Assembly: GCA_038243585.1 (NCBI GenBank)
Contig: JBBSQY010000042.1
Span: 1 to 28,046, forward strand
Direction: 5' to 3'
Length of the DNA stretch: 28,046 nucleotides
Origin: Candidatus Sumerlaeales bacterium
Lineage (GTDB): Bacteria; Sumerlaeota; Sumerlaeia; Sumerlaeales; Sumerlaeaceae
The translations under genes and the position numbers were made by a program. Positions 26,684 through 28,046 of this stretch are shown one piece after another; within the stretch, counting starts at the first letter, position 1, and the number at the start of each line of letters is the position of its first letter. The notes beneath the pieces are model-generated. The model was not told the origin of the DNA. It was given only the letters and a program-made list of their open reading frames with translations, and made no database searches.

Positions 26684-27061
26684 ATGTTTTCTTGCCTGAA
26701 CTTTAAGGCAGACAAAGTAAACATCACATACGACAACGCCGACCGCCTCACCGAACTTATCCGCAACGTGCCGGTTGGAACCGACACCACCTGGAGGTAC
26801 TGGTATGACCAAGCCGGCAACCGCAGCTTCGACGACACAATCAAATACCCCGGCGGGCCGGACGTCAGAACGCACACCCTGAACCTGCTTGATCAGGTCA
26901 CCTATATGAACTCCACGAATCCCGCCGCCCCCGACACCGGCCTCACCTACGACGCCAACGGCAACATGACCTCCGCCGCTGTCACCTATCCGGGCGTCGG
27001 CACAGTCACCGCATACTACGACTGGGACCCATCCAAAACAGCAGAAACAGTGTTTATATGA
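26684..27061 (+). pseudogene. RHS/YD-repeat protein fragment, copy 1
   Basis: TYDNADRLT, YWYDQAGNR, LTYDANGNM and YYDWD are YD repeats. Both ends are truncated, and there is no PxxxxDPxG motif or toxin domain. Confidence 0.8.
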
Positions 27062-27793
27062 TCATACTTAGATTTATCGATTCGTTGCAGATAATCGTAT
27101 GGCGATTATGTTTGAATTTAGAAGATTGGAATCGACCGGTACGGTAATCGGGGAACCATCCCTTTAGAAATAATTGGAGAAAAATGACGAACTGCCAAGT
27201 CGAATTAGAAAGAGCATGCCGGGAGTTGGGGTTGAAGATTATCATTCCCTTTGAGCTTGAACTTGAGAGTGGGAAAGTAGTTCGCGCCGAGGCATTACTT
27301 CCTGAACTGGGATATTTAAACGGACATCTGGTAAGCACAAACTGGGAATATGTCAAATGGATTTCTGAAATCGCTCTGACTAAGAACTACGGTCTAAGTA
27401 TCTACGGGGAACCACGTAATGATAATAGTTTTGACCTGCAATCGTATATCGAAATGTTTTCGGATTGGGGCTGGAACTCGGATGAAAAAAAACCATCATG
27501 GATGATAGAAACCGAAGACTCGGAATAACACTATTGAAGGCCTTTCGATTTTAGCGGACAGGTTAAGTAACTGTTTTGCATAATCATAAAAATGTATTTA
27601 GCTCCGTTATCGTGGACATAGGCTGCAATAACGCCGACCGCCTCACCGAACTTATCCGCGACGTGCCGGTGGGAACCGACACCACCTGGAGGTACTGGTA
27701 TGACCAGGCCGGCAATCGCACCTTCGACGACACAATCAAACCCCCCGGCGGGCCGGACGTTAGAACGCGCACCCTGAACCTGCTTGATCAGGT
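26735..27793 (+). repeat. 164-bp direct repeat: 26735-26898 and 27630-27793
   Basis: Manual ungapped alignment at offset 895 bp shows 9 mismatches in 164 bp. Confidence 0.93.
27184..27528 (+). CDS. Small acidic hypothetical protein, candidate orphan immunity protein
   Basis: 114-aa AT-rich ORF with GGAGA just upstream and an aromatic/acidic C-terminus (MFSDWGW..KPSW). Lies between two RHS fragments; the function is inferred from context only. Confidence 0.65.
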   Translation: MTNCQVELERACRELGLKIIIPFELELESGKVVRAEALLPELGYLNGHLVSTNWEYVKWISEIALTKNYGLSIYGEPRNDNSFDLQSYIEMFSDWGWNSDEKKPSWMIETEDSE

Positions 27794-27863
27794 AGCAACC
27801 TGTCGCGAATCCAAGACAGATGTTGACAATAATACCGCCGACATGTTTGAAGAGTTTTTATAA
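27630..27863 (+). pseudogene. RHS/YD-repeat protein fragment, copy 2
   Basis: NADRLTELIRDVPVGTDTTWRYWYDQAGNR is near-identical to copy 1 and is then fused to unrelated AT-richer sequence after LLDQV. Confidence 0.75.
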
Positions 27864-27993
27864 TGGCGCGAGAAACAAATAGTTGCTTAACCTGTCCCTC
27901 TAATCCCTATCGTAATGCCGATGGCGTCGAAATGGGATGGAACTATATTACACGAAAACTTACACACAGCAATCCTTTTTTCGGTCACTAATA

Positions 27994-28046
27994 ATGAAAG
28001 AAATTCCAATGGCAAGATTAATTGATTTAATAGAAACATTGGAGAA
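27994..28046 (+). CDS. Possible start of a further small AT-rich gene (MKEIPMARLIDLIETLE..), truncated by the window end
   Basis: Open to the end of the window; begins 2 bp after the TAA of a 42-codon ORF (27863-27991). Only 17 codons are visible. Confidence 0.35.
   Translation, partial: MKEIPMARLIDLIETLE

Overview
A 28-kb bacterial chromosomal window, mostly housekeeping and envelope genes, with an AT-richer accessory tail. In order: a partial DoxX gene and an APC amino-acid permease (-); lexA preceded by a perfect Gram-positive-type GAAC-N4-GTTC SOS box and followed by an MmcQ/YjbR gene (+); a minus-strand run of a 782-aa GreA-domain protein, gltX, a secreted helical-barrel-like protein, wzt (no wzm in the window), a GTAG-type REP doublet, a GT2 glycosyltransferase, a lyase-like protein and an LPG-synthase/flippase-like membrane protein; an isolated PilT/PilU-like ATPase convergent with a stand-alone ftsZ; an 870-bp non-coding gap; a secreted Pro/Ala-rich protein with a cysteine-less thioredoxin-like domain; a NupG-like MFS transporter; phoH and a 7TM-HD phosphodiesterase; an FG-GAP repeat protein ending in a short 'AAAADWALYF' tail; and two copies of an RHS/YD fragment (155/164 bp identical) alternating with small AT-rich, immunity-like ORFs. 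No rRNA, tRNA, CRISPR array or intact transposase could be supported. The host may be Candidatus Sumerlaeota (BRC1), but that is inference only. The best candidates for undescribed biology are the wzm-less glycan operon coupled to gltX, the possible C-terminal sorting tag, the GreA protein with a CarD/PcrA-like motif, and the degenerate RHS cassette array. All protein calls come from motif recognition by eye; no searches were run.
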